From the NCBI GenBank assembly GCA_010029945.1, contig RGQW01000001.1, forward strand, positions 1 to 54,255: a stretch of 54,255 nucleotides of DNA, written 5' to 3'. The translations under genes and the position numbers were made by a program. Origin of the DNA: Actinomycetota bacterium. Its GTDB lineage: Bacteria > Actinomycetota > Actinomycetes > S36-B12. The stretch's first letter is position 1; every line of letters begins with the position of its first letter. The notes under the pieces are model-generated. The model ran no database searches and was not told the origin of the DNA. It was given only the letters and a program-made list of their open reading frames with translations. This document shows positions 9,289 to 18,090 of this stretch, piece after piece.

Positions 9289-10107
9289 TCAGGCCTCGGA
9301 CAAGACTTCCTTCTCTTCCTGGACGGCCATGCTGCCATCACCGAAGCGCGGGTCCTCACCCTTGGCAGCCAACGCTGCAGCCCGAGCCTGTCGCTTGGAT
9401 TCCGCCAGTGCTTCGCCTTCGGCCGCAACATCCGCATCGATCGGATGGTTATCGATGCTTGTACTGGGATGCCTCGCCGCGATCCACTCATCCAGCTCAG
9501 GGCCCGACTCATAGGACGTGATCAGGCAGTACCTCGGCTCGCTGCCCGGATGCCACACCGCGTGGTAGAAGCTTTGCGTGTCGATGACGACCTGCTGCCC
9601 GGCCGGCATCGGAATGCGCACCTCCGTCGTCGGGTCGTCCTTGTCCGAGCGCAAGATCATGACGGACTCAGCGTCATCGGTGAGGTTGAAGAAGGCGCGC
9701 ACGATCCATCCCGTTCCTTCGGGATTGAGACGGTTGTTGTCGTCTCTGTGCAGGTTGTAGAGGGCTTCGCCATAGGTGTTCGGCTGCAGCTCGATCACGC
9801 GGCAGCGCCCAACGTTGGCTCCGGGTTCGAGCGCGCGCTGGGTGAGGATCGGTGCGATTTCCACGTTCTCGGTGACCCACACGCCGTCCTTGTCTGTCTT
9901 CGGAGGTGTGTGATTCCAGAACCCGTTGCACTCCATGTCGCCGTAGGCGCTGGCAAGGGGCGCGAAACGCGTATCGCCGGAGGACTTCCAATCGACGTAG
10001 ACAAGGTCTTCCCACTCCCGCGGATCGGATGCCTGGTCGTAACTGTCCACGACCACGTATCCGGTTTCCTCCATGACGGGGAGTACTCGGTATCCGTCCT
10101 TCTCCAT
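9289..10107 (-). CDS. Uncharacterised protein, probable Fe(II)/2-oxoglutarate-dependent hydroxylase (AspH/proline-hydroxylase-like cupin), 272 aa
   Basis: H120-R-D122 ... H182 ... R192 (LHRDD; FYHAVWHPGSEPRYCL). High-GC3 codon usage. Purine-rich SD before ATG 10107; alternative start 10125. The family assignment is an inference. Confidence 0.7.
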   Translation of the reverse strand: MEKDGYRVLPVMEETGYVVVDSYDQASDPREWEDLVYVDWKSSGDTRFAPLASAYGDMECNGFWNHTPPKTDKDGVWVTENVEIAPILTQRALEPGANVGRCRVIELQPNTYGEALYNLHRDDNNRLNPEGTGWIVRAFFNLTDDAESVMILRSDKDDPTTEVRIPMPAGQQVVIDTQSFYHAVWHPGSEPRYCLITSYESGPELDEWIAARHPSTSIDNHPIDADVAAEGEALAESKRQARAAALAAKGEDPRFGDGSMAVQEEKEVLSEA

Positions 10108-10135
10108 CGCGTCGTTCCCTTCCATCCGACAGCAT

Positions 10136-10178
10136 GTCCGCCGGACCGGCTACATCCTCGCACCCGATCTCGGCGGAC
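10136..10178 (-). promoter_or_regulatory. 43-nt stable RNA hairpin between the TrmH gene and the oxygenase (terminator or cis-regulatory leader)
   Basis: GUCCGCCG-A-GAUCGG-G-UGCG-AGGA-UGUA-G-CCGGUC-CGGCGGAC. The G-U pairs favour the minus strand. No U-tract follows. Confidence 0.6.
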
Positions 10179-10209
10179 TCGGGGACGCAACCGGGTGTGT
10201 CAGTACGGG

Positions 10210-11001
10210 CTAGATCACACCTTCCCCTGCATACAAGGCGATGGCGACAGAGATGGCGGCGTTCAGGGACTCCACCGAGGCAGCCATGGGAATCCTCGCC
10301 GTCCAGTCGACGGCCTGGAGAAGTTCGGTCGATACGCCGTGGGCCTCTGATCCGACGATCCACACCCAATCGTCTCGGGTGATGCCGCGATCCGCGCCCG
10401 ACGTCACTGCGGCGACCACGTCGACCTGCGCTGCTCCATGGAGTGCTATCGATGTCCGTCCGCGGGCAATAACGTCGATCACCCCGTGTTCTTCCAGGCC
10501 TGTCACCACAGGCAGGCGAAAGATCGACCCAGCACTCGCGCGGACAACCTTGGGGTTCCAGGCGTCCACCGACCCCTCCGTCGTTGCGACGCCGGCCGCC
10601 CCGACCGCCTCCGCCGTTCGAATGATGGTGCCGAGATTTCCCGGATCGGAGATGCGATCACATACGACGATGGGGCCACGCCGCGCGACAACGCTGTCGG
10701 CAGTCGTCGCAGGAAGCGTGCACTGCGCAACGATTCCCTGTGGTGTCGCTGCGTCACCGATCGCAGCCACGACCCGCTGAGTCGCTGCGTGGAAAGGAAT
10801 ACCGAGATCGAGAACTCGATCCATCAGGGGATGGTCCTCGACTCCGACGACTTCGACGACCTCAATCCCCAGACCTGCCTCGAGGGCCGCCGTCACGCAA
10901 TCGGGACCCTCGGCCAGAAACGACCCCGACCGCAGTCGACCTTTGCGTTCGTGAAGACGACGAAGCCGGGCGACGTGCTCGGACCTCGTACTGGTCAGCA
11001 C
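10210..11001 (-). CDS. TrmH/SpoU family RNA methyltransferase
   Basis: DPGNLGTIIRTA, GSEAHG and ESLNAA SPOUT motifs; usual position after rplT. Confidence 0.92.
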   Translation of the reverse strand: MLTSTRSEHVARLRRLHERKGRLRSGSFLAEGPDCVTAALEAGLGIEVVEVVGVEDHPLMDRVLDLGIPFHAATQRVVAAIGDAATPQGIVAQCTLPATTADSVVARRGPIVVCDRISDPGNLGTIIRTAEAVGAAGVATTEGSVDAWNPKVVRASAGSIFRLPVVTGLEEHGVIDVIARGRTSIALHGAAQVDVVAAVTSGADRGITRDDWVWIVGSEAHGVSTELLQAVDWTARIPMAASVESLNAAISVAIALYAGEGVI

Positions 11002-11044
11002 ACGTCCTCCCGGCTTCGGCAGGTGCTTGATTACGCGCGGTTGG

Positions 11045-11413
11045 TCACGCCGCGGTCGCGGGAAGGGCTCCCTTGGCGACGTCGACGAGAGCTGCGAACG
11101 CGTCTGGATCGTTCACCGCCATTTCGGCGAGCATGCGACGATCCACTTCCACATCCGCGGCCTTCAAGCCTTGAATGAATCGGTTGTACGTCATCCCGTT
11201 GGCGCGAGCCGCCGCATTGATGCGTTGGATCCACAGCCGTCGGAAGTCACCCTTGCGGGTGCGACGGTCGGCGTAGGCGTAGACCATCGAATGGGTGACC
11301 TGCTCCTTGGCCTTGCGGTACAGCCGTGAGCGCTGACCCCGGTACCCCGAGGCCCGCTCGAGAACCTCGCGACGCTTCTTTTGTGCGTTAACCGAACGCT
11401 TGACGCGTGCCAT
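11045..11413 (-). CDS. rplT: 50S ribosomal protein L20
   Basis: [37 protein letters not shown]. Confidence 0.99.
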   Translation of the reverse strand: MARVKRSVNAQKKRREVLERASGYRGQRSRLYRKAKEQVTHSMVYAYADRRTRKGDFRRLWIQRINAAARANGMTYNRFIQGLKAADVEVDRRMLAEMAVNDPDAFAALVDVAKGALPATAA

Positions 11414-11446
11414 GGCGTCCTCCTAATCCTGGTTGAACGGTGCGCT

Positions 11447-11641
11447 TTAGCGACCGAGGAGCTTGTTGACCTTCTTGGTGTCTGCCTTGGAGACGGGATC
11501 GTCGGCCATCAGCCGACGGGTGCGCTTGCTGGACTTGCTCTCCAGCAGGTGTCGCCGGTTGGCCTGCTCGTGGGTGAGCTTGCCGGATCCGGTGACCTTG
11601 AATCGCTTCTTGGCACCGCTGTGCGTCTTCTGCTTGGGCAT
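11447..11641 (-). CDS. rpmI: 50S ribosomal protein L35
   Basis: [21 protein letters not shown]; strong SD. Confidence 0.98.
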   Translation of the reverse strand: MPKQKTHSGAKKRFKVTGSGKLTHEQANRRHLLESKSSKRTRRLMADDPVSKADTKKVNKLLGR

Positions 11642-11689
11642 GAGGCCCTCCTCCTTCTTCGCGAGCCTGCTGGTGACTCGTTGCCTTCT

Positions 11690-11731
11690 TCTTGACTTAG
11701 GTCTGTTCTTGTCGGTCTTTGCTCGTTGGTC
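11690..11731. repeat. Degenerate 14-bp tandem repeat x3 in the infC-rpmI spacer
   Basis: Minus strand units: GACCAACGAGCAAA / GACCGACAAGAACA / GACCTAAGTCAAGA. Confidence 0.45.
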
Positions 11732-11741
11732 CGTTGACGCT

Positions 11742-12320
11742 CTAGGCGTCTACGTCCACGTCGTCATCGACCTCCGACTCGGCTTTCGCTTTGCGCGATG
11801 CATCCGACTTCCGCCTGTGTGGCGCGAGAACCATCAGCATGTTTCGACCATCCTGCTTGGGATTGGCCTCCACGTACCCCAACTCCTCCACGTCCTCGGC
11901 GAGACGGGCAAGCAGTCGAAGCCCCAACTCCGGTCGACTCTGCTCCCGACCGCGGAACATGATGGTGATCTTGACCTTGTCGCCTGCCTTGAGGAAGCGC
12001 TCCACGTGACCCTTCTTGGTCTCGTAGTCGTGCTGGTCGATCTTGGGTCGAAGCTTCATCTCCTTGATGATGGTGTGCGTCTGGTTCTTGCGGGATTCGC
12101 GTTCCTTCAGTGCTGCCTCGTACTTGAACTTGCCGAAGTCCATCAACTTGCACACCGGTGGCTTTGCCATGGGTGCCACTTCGACGAGATCAAGATCGGC
12201 TTCCACTGCGAGACGGAGGGCGTCTTCGATGCGAACGATGCCCACCTGCTCACCGTTGGGTCCGACAAGGCGAACCTCGGGTACGCGGATCCGGTCGTTA
12301 ATGCGTGTTTCGACGCTGAT
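11742..12320 (-). CDS. infC: Translation initiation factor IF-3, non-canonical ATC start
   Basis: [46 protein letters not shown] lies immediately upstream of the in-frame ATC at 12320. Confidence 0.95.
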   Translation of the reverse strand: MSVETRINDRIRVPEVRLVGPNGEQVGIVRIEDALRLAVEADLDLVEVAPMAKPPVCKLMDFGKFKYEAALKERESRKNQTHTIIKEMKLRPKIDQHDYETKKGHVERFLKAGDKVKITIMFRGREQSRPELGLRLLARLAEDVEELGYVEANPKQDGRNMLMVLAPHRRKSDASRKAKAESEVDDDVDVDA

Positions 12321-12537
12321 AGCGCCTCCTTGCGTCATTCGTCGGGCTGCTGCGCCGGTTGGCGAAGCCGTCACCACCGCGCGGAGACGACGAAACCTCC
12401 GCTGCAGCGCAGACGGAGGCCCGGTGAACCGTCGGTGGGCAAAAAGCCACCGATGGTGGGACCCGATCGACCAGAAGTCGTCAGGTGGGAGACGGGCTCC
12501 GCTTGCGCGATCCTGGGCTAGGCCCCGAATCGTGGAG
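12321..12537 (-). promoter_or_regulatory. Structured 5' leader of infC-rpmI-rplT with mutually exclusive helices (putative attenuator)
   Basis: 12493-12508 is complementary to 12407-12423, which competes with hairpin 12395-12420. Additional hairpin at 12428-12457. Confidence 0.65.
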
Positions 12538-12554
12538 ATGAAAGAGTATCAGCC

Positions 12555-12959
12555 GTGCCCGATCGCGCCTCCGCCTCCTCGAATGACGTACCGCCCGAGC
12601 AGGCGTCCCCTGAGGAGATATCCGCAGGGCCGGCGGCCGGCCTGGATATAGCCGATGTTCCCGCCGTGGAGGTCGTACTCACGGTTGCCATGCACCTGAT
12701 GACCGCATCCGCCGTCGCCTGCGGTCTGGCAACCAACGACGACGGCTCCCCACGGGAGGCAGATCTGGCCGAGGCACGGGTTCTGATCAATGCTTTGGCC
12801 GCATTGGTCACCGCGAGCGCACCGGATCTCGGTTCTATGCACGCCGCGCCGCTGCGAGACGGGCTCACCGCCGTGCAACGCGCGTTCCGTGAGGCTTCGT
12901 CGATTCCCGATCCTCCCGGTGAAGGTCCCGGTGAACGGTGGACGGGCCCGATCACGTAA
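12555..12959 (+). CDS. DUF1844 family protein
   Basis: DVPAVEV, DLAEARVLINALAALV, PLRDGL..Q.AFREAS, GEGPGE.WTGP; typical actinobacterial gene divergent from infC. Confidence 0.85.
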   Translation: MPDRASASSNDVPPEQASPEEISAGPAAGLDIADVPAVEVVLTVAMHLMTASAVACGLATNDDGSPREADLAEARVLINALAALVTASAPDLGSMHAAPLRDGLTAVQRAFREASSIPDPPGEGPGERWTGPIT

Positions 12960-12993
12960 TCGCATCACCGTGCCCGAACCGCATCACCGCTCG

Positions 12994-13707
12994 CTACTCA
13001 TCCGCGGTGACAATCTCAATGCCCGCCGGCACCAGGGCGAGAACCCGAGCCGGGATGGACCTCGCGTACTCATCTGCTCTCTGTGCGGCAAGCGTGACGC
13101 GGACGGTCCCCGATGACGCATCGACGGACACGTCCGGCATCGACGCCTCCCCCGATGCTGACGCCCATGCCTCGTTAAGTAATGCGGCCGCGTGATCGAG
13201 CGGGTCCCGGTTCGCCAGTTCCACAAGATCGGGTTCGGCCACGACCGCCGATGACGGTCCCGCAACATCGATCACCACGGCTTCGCATCCGTCATCCAAC
13301 GCCGCCTGGGCCACCTCCGGGCCCGATACAGGCACTGGCCGGGCGTGCGGATTCCATCGATGCATCGCGTCCAGACCGGTGAACGCCAACAGGCCCCGTC
13401 GTCCATCGGCCGCAACCATCGACACCACAGACATCTGCGATCCGCCAGCATCACCAGATTCGCCGGTGTCCGCAGGGCTCGCCACGATGGCAACGATCAA
13501 TCGCCCTGCTCGCACGGCATCCCGCAGCCGCTTGGGGTCGACGGGTGCGGACAGCGCAGCACAGATGTCTGGGTCGGAAGAACCGTCGTCGGCGGTGAAC
13601 CGGCCGGGAGAAACCAAACGTCGACCGTCACCTGGCTCATTCATCGTCGCGGCAGGCTCGGGCTGATTCGTCGTCGCCGTAGGCTCGAGTCGATCCCCGT
13701 GCTCCAC
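12994..13707 (-). CDS. SseB family protein
   Basis: F..DDGSSDP, DGRRGLLAFTGLDAM.RW...ARPVP, VVIDVAGP; usual neighbour of DUF1844. Confidence 0.8.
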   Translation of the reverse strand: MEHGDRLEPTATTNQPEPAATMNEPGDGRRLVSPGRFTADDGSSDPDICAALSAPVDPKRLRDAVRAGRLIVAIVASPADTGESGDAGGSQMSVVSMVAADGRRGLLAFTGLDAMHRWNPHARPVPVSGPEVAQAALDDGCEAVVIDVAGPSSAVVAEPDLVELANRDPLDHAAALLNEAWASASGEASMPDVSVDASSGTVRVTLAAQRADEYARSIPARVLALVPAGIEIVTADE

Positions 13708-13736
13708 GTCGGCAGCCTAAGCGGCACAATCCGTCG
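13708..13736. promoter_or_regulatory. Back-to-back leaderless promoters in a 29-bp spacer
   Basis: Minus TAGGCT (13714-13719) is 6 nt before GTG 13707; plus CACAAT (13725-13730) is 6 nt before GTG 13737. Confidence 0.6.
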
Positions 13737-14936
13737 GTGCCTTCGAACCCTGTCACGGGTGCCGCCCCCGCCACCCGCTCCACCGCGGCGATCCTCGCTG
13801 TGGTGGTCCTCGTCGCCGTCAACCTTCGACTCGCCCTCTCCAGTCTTCCGGCGGTCGCGACGCTTATCCAGGACGAGACCGGCTGGAGCGACGCCTTCAT
13901 CGGTGCACTGACGACCGTTCCGGTTTTGGGCATGGGAGTCTTCGCGCTCGGTGTGCCGCGGCTGGCGGGCCGGATCGGCAGGAGAAGTGCGGTAAGCCTG
14001 GCCCTGGTGGCGATGGCCGCCGGCTTGATGCTCCGGTTGGCCGGAGCAGTTGCCGTCACGTTGCTGCTGTCGGCCATGCTCGCGGGCTTATCCATCGCGA
14101 TTCTTGGTGGCTTGGTTCCCGGGATCGTGCGCGAACGGTTAGCGCATTCGATGGGCTTGGCTACCTCCCTGTGGACCGCGGCCATGATGGGTGGAGCTGC
14201 TCTCGGCGCAGCATTGACCTTGCCGTTGGCGGATCTGACCGGCGGATGGAATCGAGCGCTGGCGTTCTGGGCGCTGCCAGCCGTCGCCGCGCTCGTGGGC
14301 TGGCTGTGGTTGGAGCGCGACCAACCAGCGCGCGTGGCCACCGTTGCCATCGTCCGGTTGCGGGATCTGCCGTGGAGAGATTCGACCGCGTGGGCGTTGA
14401 CCGCGTTCATGAGCGTGAACTCCATCGTTTTCTACAGCATGTTGGCGTGGACGGCCCCCTCCTATGCCGAGCGTGGCTACACGCCGGAAACAGCCGGACT
14501 GTTCTTCGGCATCTTCACGGGCTCGGGAATCATCGCTGCGCTCACCTTGCCGGCGTGGTCTCATCGAACCCAGCGGCGTCGCTCCCTGTTCACCGCCACG
14601 GTTGTGGGCTGCTCGGCGAGCCTGGTCGCTATTGCCCTGGTTCCGACATTCGCTCCCCCGTTGATTCTCGTGGCTTTGTCTTTCACGCTCAGTGGTGGCT
14701 TCGCCATGTCGCTCGGCCTGCTCAGCGAGTATGCGGCGGATGCGGCGGGCTCCGCCCGGCTGACCGCGATGGCGTTCACGATTACGTACACGTCCGCAGC
14801 CTTCAGCCCCTTCGTGATGGGCGCCATCATGGACGCCGTGGACTCGTGGACCCTGGTGTTCTCTCTCCTCGCGGGCATCACCTTGCTGCAACTGCCGGCA
14901 GTGTTCTTCCTTCGTCGCGGTCGCCTCGTGCAGTAG
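13737..14936 (+). CDS. CynX/NimT-like MFS transporter
   Basis: About 12 hydrophobic segments; AVNLR..LSSL, GALTTVPV..MG.F and GGWNRAL..WA.PA are typical of the CynX family. Confidence 0.85.
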   Translation: MPSNPVTGAAPATRSTAAILAVVVLVAVNLRLALSSLPAVATLIQDETGWSDAFIGALTTVPVLGMGVFALGVPRLAGRIGRRSAVSLALVAMAAGLMLRLAGAVAVTLLLSAMLAGLSIAILGGLVPGIVRERLAHSMGLATSLWTAAMMGGAALGAALTLPLADLTGGWNRALAFWALPAVAALVGWLWLERDQPARVATVAIVRLRDLPWRDSTAWALTAFMSVNSIVFYSMLAWTAPSYAERGYTPETAGLFFGIFTGSGIIAALTLPAWSHRTQRRRSLFTATVVGCSASLVAIALVPTFAPPLILVALSFTLSGGFAMSLGLLSEYAADAAGSARLTAMAFTITYTSAAFSPFVMGAIMDAVDSWTLVFSLLAGITLLQLPAVFFLRRGRLVQ

Positions 14937-14962
14937 CTCGAGCACTCGCTCGACCAATCGTT

Positions 14963-15032
14963 ATACCGACACCTGACTTTGTGTGCGTGAATCTGGACGC
15001 GCGATTGTCTACACGTGATTCTGTACGCGCGT
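14963..15032. repeat. Degenerate 14-bp tandem repeat x5 in a convergent intergenic region
   Basis: ATACCGACACCTGA / CTTTGTGTGCGTGA / ATCTGGACGCGCGA / TTGTCTACACGTGA / TTCTGTACGCGCGT. Confidence 0.55.
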
Positions 15033-15049
15033 AGCCGCGCTGATCGCCG

Positions 15050-15907
15050 CTAGAGGCGGCACGCGTGAATGTCGGTCACCAGGATGCCCCGGGCGCCCAA
15101 CTCGTACAGCTCGTCCATGACTGTGTGCGCATCAACCGACGGAACCATCGCCCGAACAGCCGACCACGATTGGTCATGCAGCGGGGATACCGTCGGTGAC
15201 TCGATTCCCGGTGTCACTGCACACGCTTGCTCCAGACGATCATTGGGAATGTCATAGTCCACCAGCACGTAGGAACGCGCGACCATCACTCCGTGCAAGC
15301 GTCGAAGAAAGGTTTGCACACTTGGAGCGTCGTTGGACTCATCCGCATTGCGGGACACCACGATCGCCTCGGATTCAATGAGCGGTTCACCGATGATCTC
15401 CAGTCCGGCACGTCGAAGCGTCGTTCCCGTGGCCACGACATCGGCGACGGCATCCGCAACACCCAGGGCGACGGCGTTCTCCACCGCTCCATCGAGACGA
15501 ACAACGGTGGCGTCGATCGACTTGTCCGCGAGCCACGTCGTCAGGAGTCCGGCATACGAGGTGGCGATGCGCGTGCCCTGGAGATCTTCGATGGTGGTGG
15601 CGGTTTCCCGAGGGGCTGCCAGCCGGAAAGACGATGGAGCGAAACCCAGGGCGACTCGCTCCACAGCCTCGGCGGCGGAGTCCAACAGCATGTCGCGTCC
15701 GGTGATGCCAAGGTCGAGAGTGCCCTCCCCGACGTAGATCGCCACGTCCTTGGGGCGCAGGAAGAAGAACTCGACATCGTTTTGTGGATCGTGCACGACG
15801 AGGTCGTGCACTCCAGCGTTGTGTAAGTACCCCGCTTCGATCAGCATGGCTCGGGCAGGCTCGGCTAATTGCCCTTTGTTCGGCACTGCTACTCGCAGGC
15901 TTGCCAT
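15050..15907 (-). CDS. hisG: ATP phosphoribosyltransferase (long form)
   Basis: LRVAVPNKG, LRPKDVA.YV, LDGAVENAV.LG.AD, TPGIESPTVSPL; TGATG coupling with hisE. Confidence 0.97.
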   Translation of the reverse strand: MASLRVAVPNKGQLAEPARAMLIEAGYLHNAGVHDLVVHDPQNDVEFFFLRPKDVAIYVGEGTLDLGITGRDMLLDSAAEAVERVALGFAPSSFRLAAPRETATTIEDLQGTRIATSYAGLLTTWLADKSIDATVVRLDGAVENAVALGVADAVADVVATGTTLRRAGLEIIGEPLIESEAIVVSRNADESNDAPSVQTFLRRLHGVMVARSYVLVDYDIPNDRLEQACAVTPGIESPTVSPLHDQSWSAVRAMVPSVDAHTVMDELYELGARGILVTDIHACRL

Positions 15908-16170
15908 CACAACCTCCGGTACACGTCGTCGAGGCTTACGTCGGCGGCCAACATCATCACCTGCAGGTGATACAAAAGTTGCGCAATTTCCTCGGCCGTT
16001 CGTTCCGAGCCTTCGTGCTCGGCCGCCATCCACACCTCGGCGGCCTCTTCGACGACCTTCTTGCCGACGGCATGGACTCCGCCCGAGAGAAGGCGTACGG
16101 TTCCGGACTCAGGGTCCGAGGTTGCTGCCTTAGCACGCAACTCGGTGTACAACTCGTCGAAGGTCTTCAC
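15907..16170 (-). CDS. hisE: Phosphoribosyl-ATP diphosphatase
   Basis: (M)[40 protein letters not shown] 7 nt before the GTG. Confidence 0.95.
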   Translation of the reverse strand: MKTFDELYTELRAKAATSDPESGTVRLLSGGVHAVGKKVVEEAAEVWMAAEHEGSERTAEEIAQLLYHLQVMMLAADVSLDDVYRRL

Positions 16171-16249
16171 GAAGGCAAGCCTAGGCGTTGCATGCGTTTG
16201 CGTTATCCGTGCACCGTGGAACGGGCGTCGATGACCAGCGTCCGCGCCG

Positions 16250-16735
16250 TCATCCCGCCTGGATGTCGCGGATCGTGCGAGCGGCTCGCAGCGCACTGAC
16301 CATGGCCTCCGCGCCCTTATCCTCACGAGACCCGTCGAGGCCGGCACGGTCGAGTGCTTGCTCCTCGGTGTCACATGTCAGCAGCCCGAAGCCGACGGCG
16401 ATGCCGTGGTCGAGAGCCACCCGGGTAAGCCCGTCGGTCGCTGCCGAACACACGTAGTCGAAGTGCGGGGTCCCACCACGAATCACCACTCCCAACGCCA
16501 CGACAGCGTCGAAGCGACCGCTGGCCGCAGCGTGATGGGCGAGGACGGGAAGCTCGAAGGAACCCGGGGCAACAAACTCGCTGCTCATCACTCCGGCACG
16601 GTCGGCGACTCTGGCGGCTCCTGCTCGCAACCCATCGACTACCCGGGTGTGCCAGGACGCCGACACCACGGCTACGCGCATGCCCGACCAGGCCGGGTCC
16701 ACCTCTGCCAGATCGGGAGATCCCTGTCCACTCAT
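16250..16735 (-). CDS. ribH: 6,7-dimethyl-8-ribityllumazine synthase
   Basis: [30 protein letters not shown]. Confidence 0.97.
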   Translation of the reverse strand: MSGQGSPDLAEVDPAWSGMRVAVVSASWHTRVVDGLRAGAARVADRAGVMSSEFVAPGSFELPVLAHHAAASGRFDAVVALGVVIRGGTPHFDYVCSAATDGLTRVALDHGIAVGFGLLTCDTEEQALDRAGLDGSREDKGAEAMVSALRAARTIRDIQAG

Positions 16736-18090
16736 ACCGAACTCGAGGTGTCGTCGCCGGGTTGCGCCGTGCTGTCCGAGGAATCGGGCGAGTACGCGTG
16801 ACCCATGCGGGTGGCCTTCGTTCCCAGGTAATCAACGTTGTGCTCGTTGGCGTCGATCACGAGCGGAACTCGCTCGACGACGGAGAGCCCGTAGCCCTCA
16901 AGACCTGCACGCTTCGCCGGATTGTTCGTCAGCAGTCGCATGGAGCGGATTCCGAGATCGACGAGAATCTGCGCCCCGGTTCCGTAGTCGCGCGCGTCCA
17001 CCGGTAGCCCCAATTCGATATTGGCATCGACGGTGTCTCGCCCCGCGTCCTGCAGCGCGTATGCCCGCAATTTGTCGAGCAAGCCGATGCCGCGGCCTTC
17101 GTGCCCTCGCACGTACAGCACGACGCCTCGACCCTCGGCGCCCACCTGTCGCAGGGCGGCGTGCAACTGCGGTCCGCAGTCACATCTGCGCGACCCGAAA
17201 ACGTCTCCGGTCAGACACTCGGAATGGACTCGGGTGAGGACCTCGGCTCCATCCCCGATGTCCCCGGTGACCAGCGCAACGTGTTCACTGCCGTCGATAT
17301 CGCTGCGGTACGCCACCGCGCGGAAGTCCCCGTATTCGGTCGGAAGTGGGATTTCCACGACCCGGACCACGTGTGATTCGCTGCGACGCCGAAAACGGAT
17401 GATGTCCGCGATCGACACCAGGGCCAACTGATGTTCGTCACAGAAGTCGCGACACTGCGCAGCGTTCATCATCGTGCCGTCGTCGTTGACCATTTCGCAC
17501 AACGCGCCCGCAGGGTGCAGTCCGGCCATGCGGGTGAGGTCCACCGCAGCCTCCGTGTGACCTGCACGGCGGAGCACTCCCCCTTCGACAGCCCGTAGGG
17601 GAACGACGTGGCCCGGGCGTGAGAGTTCCCACGCTTCGGTCGCAGAATCTGCCAGGACCTTGATCGTTCGAGCCCTGTCCTTCGCCGAGATGCCGGTCGA
17701 CTCGATGTCTTTTGAGTCCACGGTGACGGCGTAGGCGGTTCCCCGTCGGTCTTCATTGACCCGAGCCATCGGCGGTAGGTCGAGTCGATCCAAATCGTGC
17801 GCGGTCATTCCTACGCAGATGTATCCCGACGTGTACCGGATCATGAAAGCCGTGAGTTCCGCGGTGGCCAGACCGGCGGCGAAGATCATGTCCCCTTCGT
17901 TTTCGCGATTCTCGTCGTCGATGACCACGATCGGTCGCCCTGCGCGTAGTTGCTCGAGCGCTTGCTCGACGGAATTGAGGGCAACACCGCTCGGTTCACT
18001 CGGCGGGGAGGCGGCGAGCCCCGGGACGGGGTCGGAGGCAAGGTTCCCTGCCTCTTGCTGAACTCCGAACAGCTCATCGGCGGGAATCAC
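16732..18090 (-). CDS. ribBA: Bifunctional DHBP synthase / GTP cyclohydrolase II
   Basis: [48 protein letters not shown]; start uncertain (GTGA overlap with ribE). Confidence 0.97.
   Translation of the reverse strand: MIPADELFGVQQEAGNLASDPVPGLAASPPSEPSGVALNSVEQALEQLRAGRPIVVIDDENRENEGDMIFAAGLATAELTAFMIRYTSGYICVGMTAHDLDRLDLPPMARVNEDRRGTAYAVTVDSKDIESTGISAKDRARTIKVLADSATEAWELSRPGHVVPLRAVEGGVLRRAGHTEAAVDLTRMAGLHPAGALCEMVNDDGTMMNAAQCRDFCDEHQLALVSIADIIRFRRRSESHVVRVVEIPLPTEYGDFRAVAYRSDIDGSEHVALVTGDIGDGAEVLTRVHSECLTGDVFGSRRCDCGPQLHAALRQVGAEGRGVVLYVRGHEGRGIGLLDKLRAYALQDAGRDTVDANIELGLPVDARDYGTGAQILVDLGIRSMRLLTNNPAKRAGLEGYGLSVVERVPLVIDANEHNVDYLGTKATRMGHAYSPDSSDSTAQPGDDTSSSV

Noticed and set aside
6417..10209. 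Cassette as a recent mobile element
   Set aside because: No transposase or integrase, no terminal repeats or target duplication, and no clear GC shift.
12961..12989. 10-bp direct repeat CGCATCACCG x2 between DUF1844 and sseB
   Set aside because: Short and GC-rich with no associated element; probably a local duplication.
14963..15032. Possible mini-CRISPR
   Set aside because: The units are contiguous, 14 bp and degenerate, with no spacers and no cas genes.
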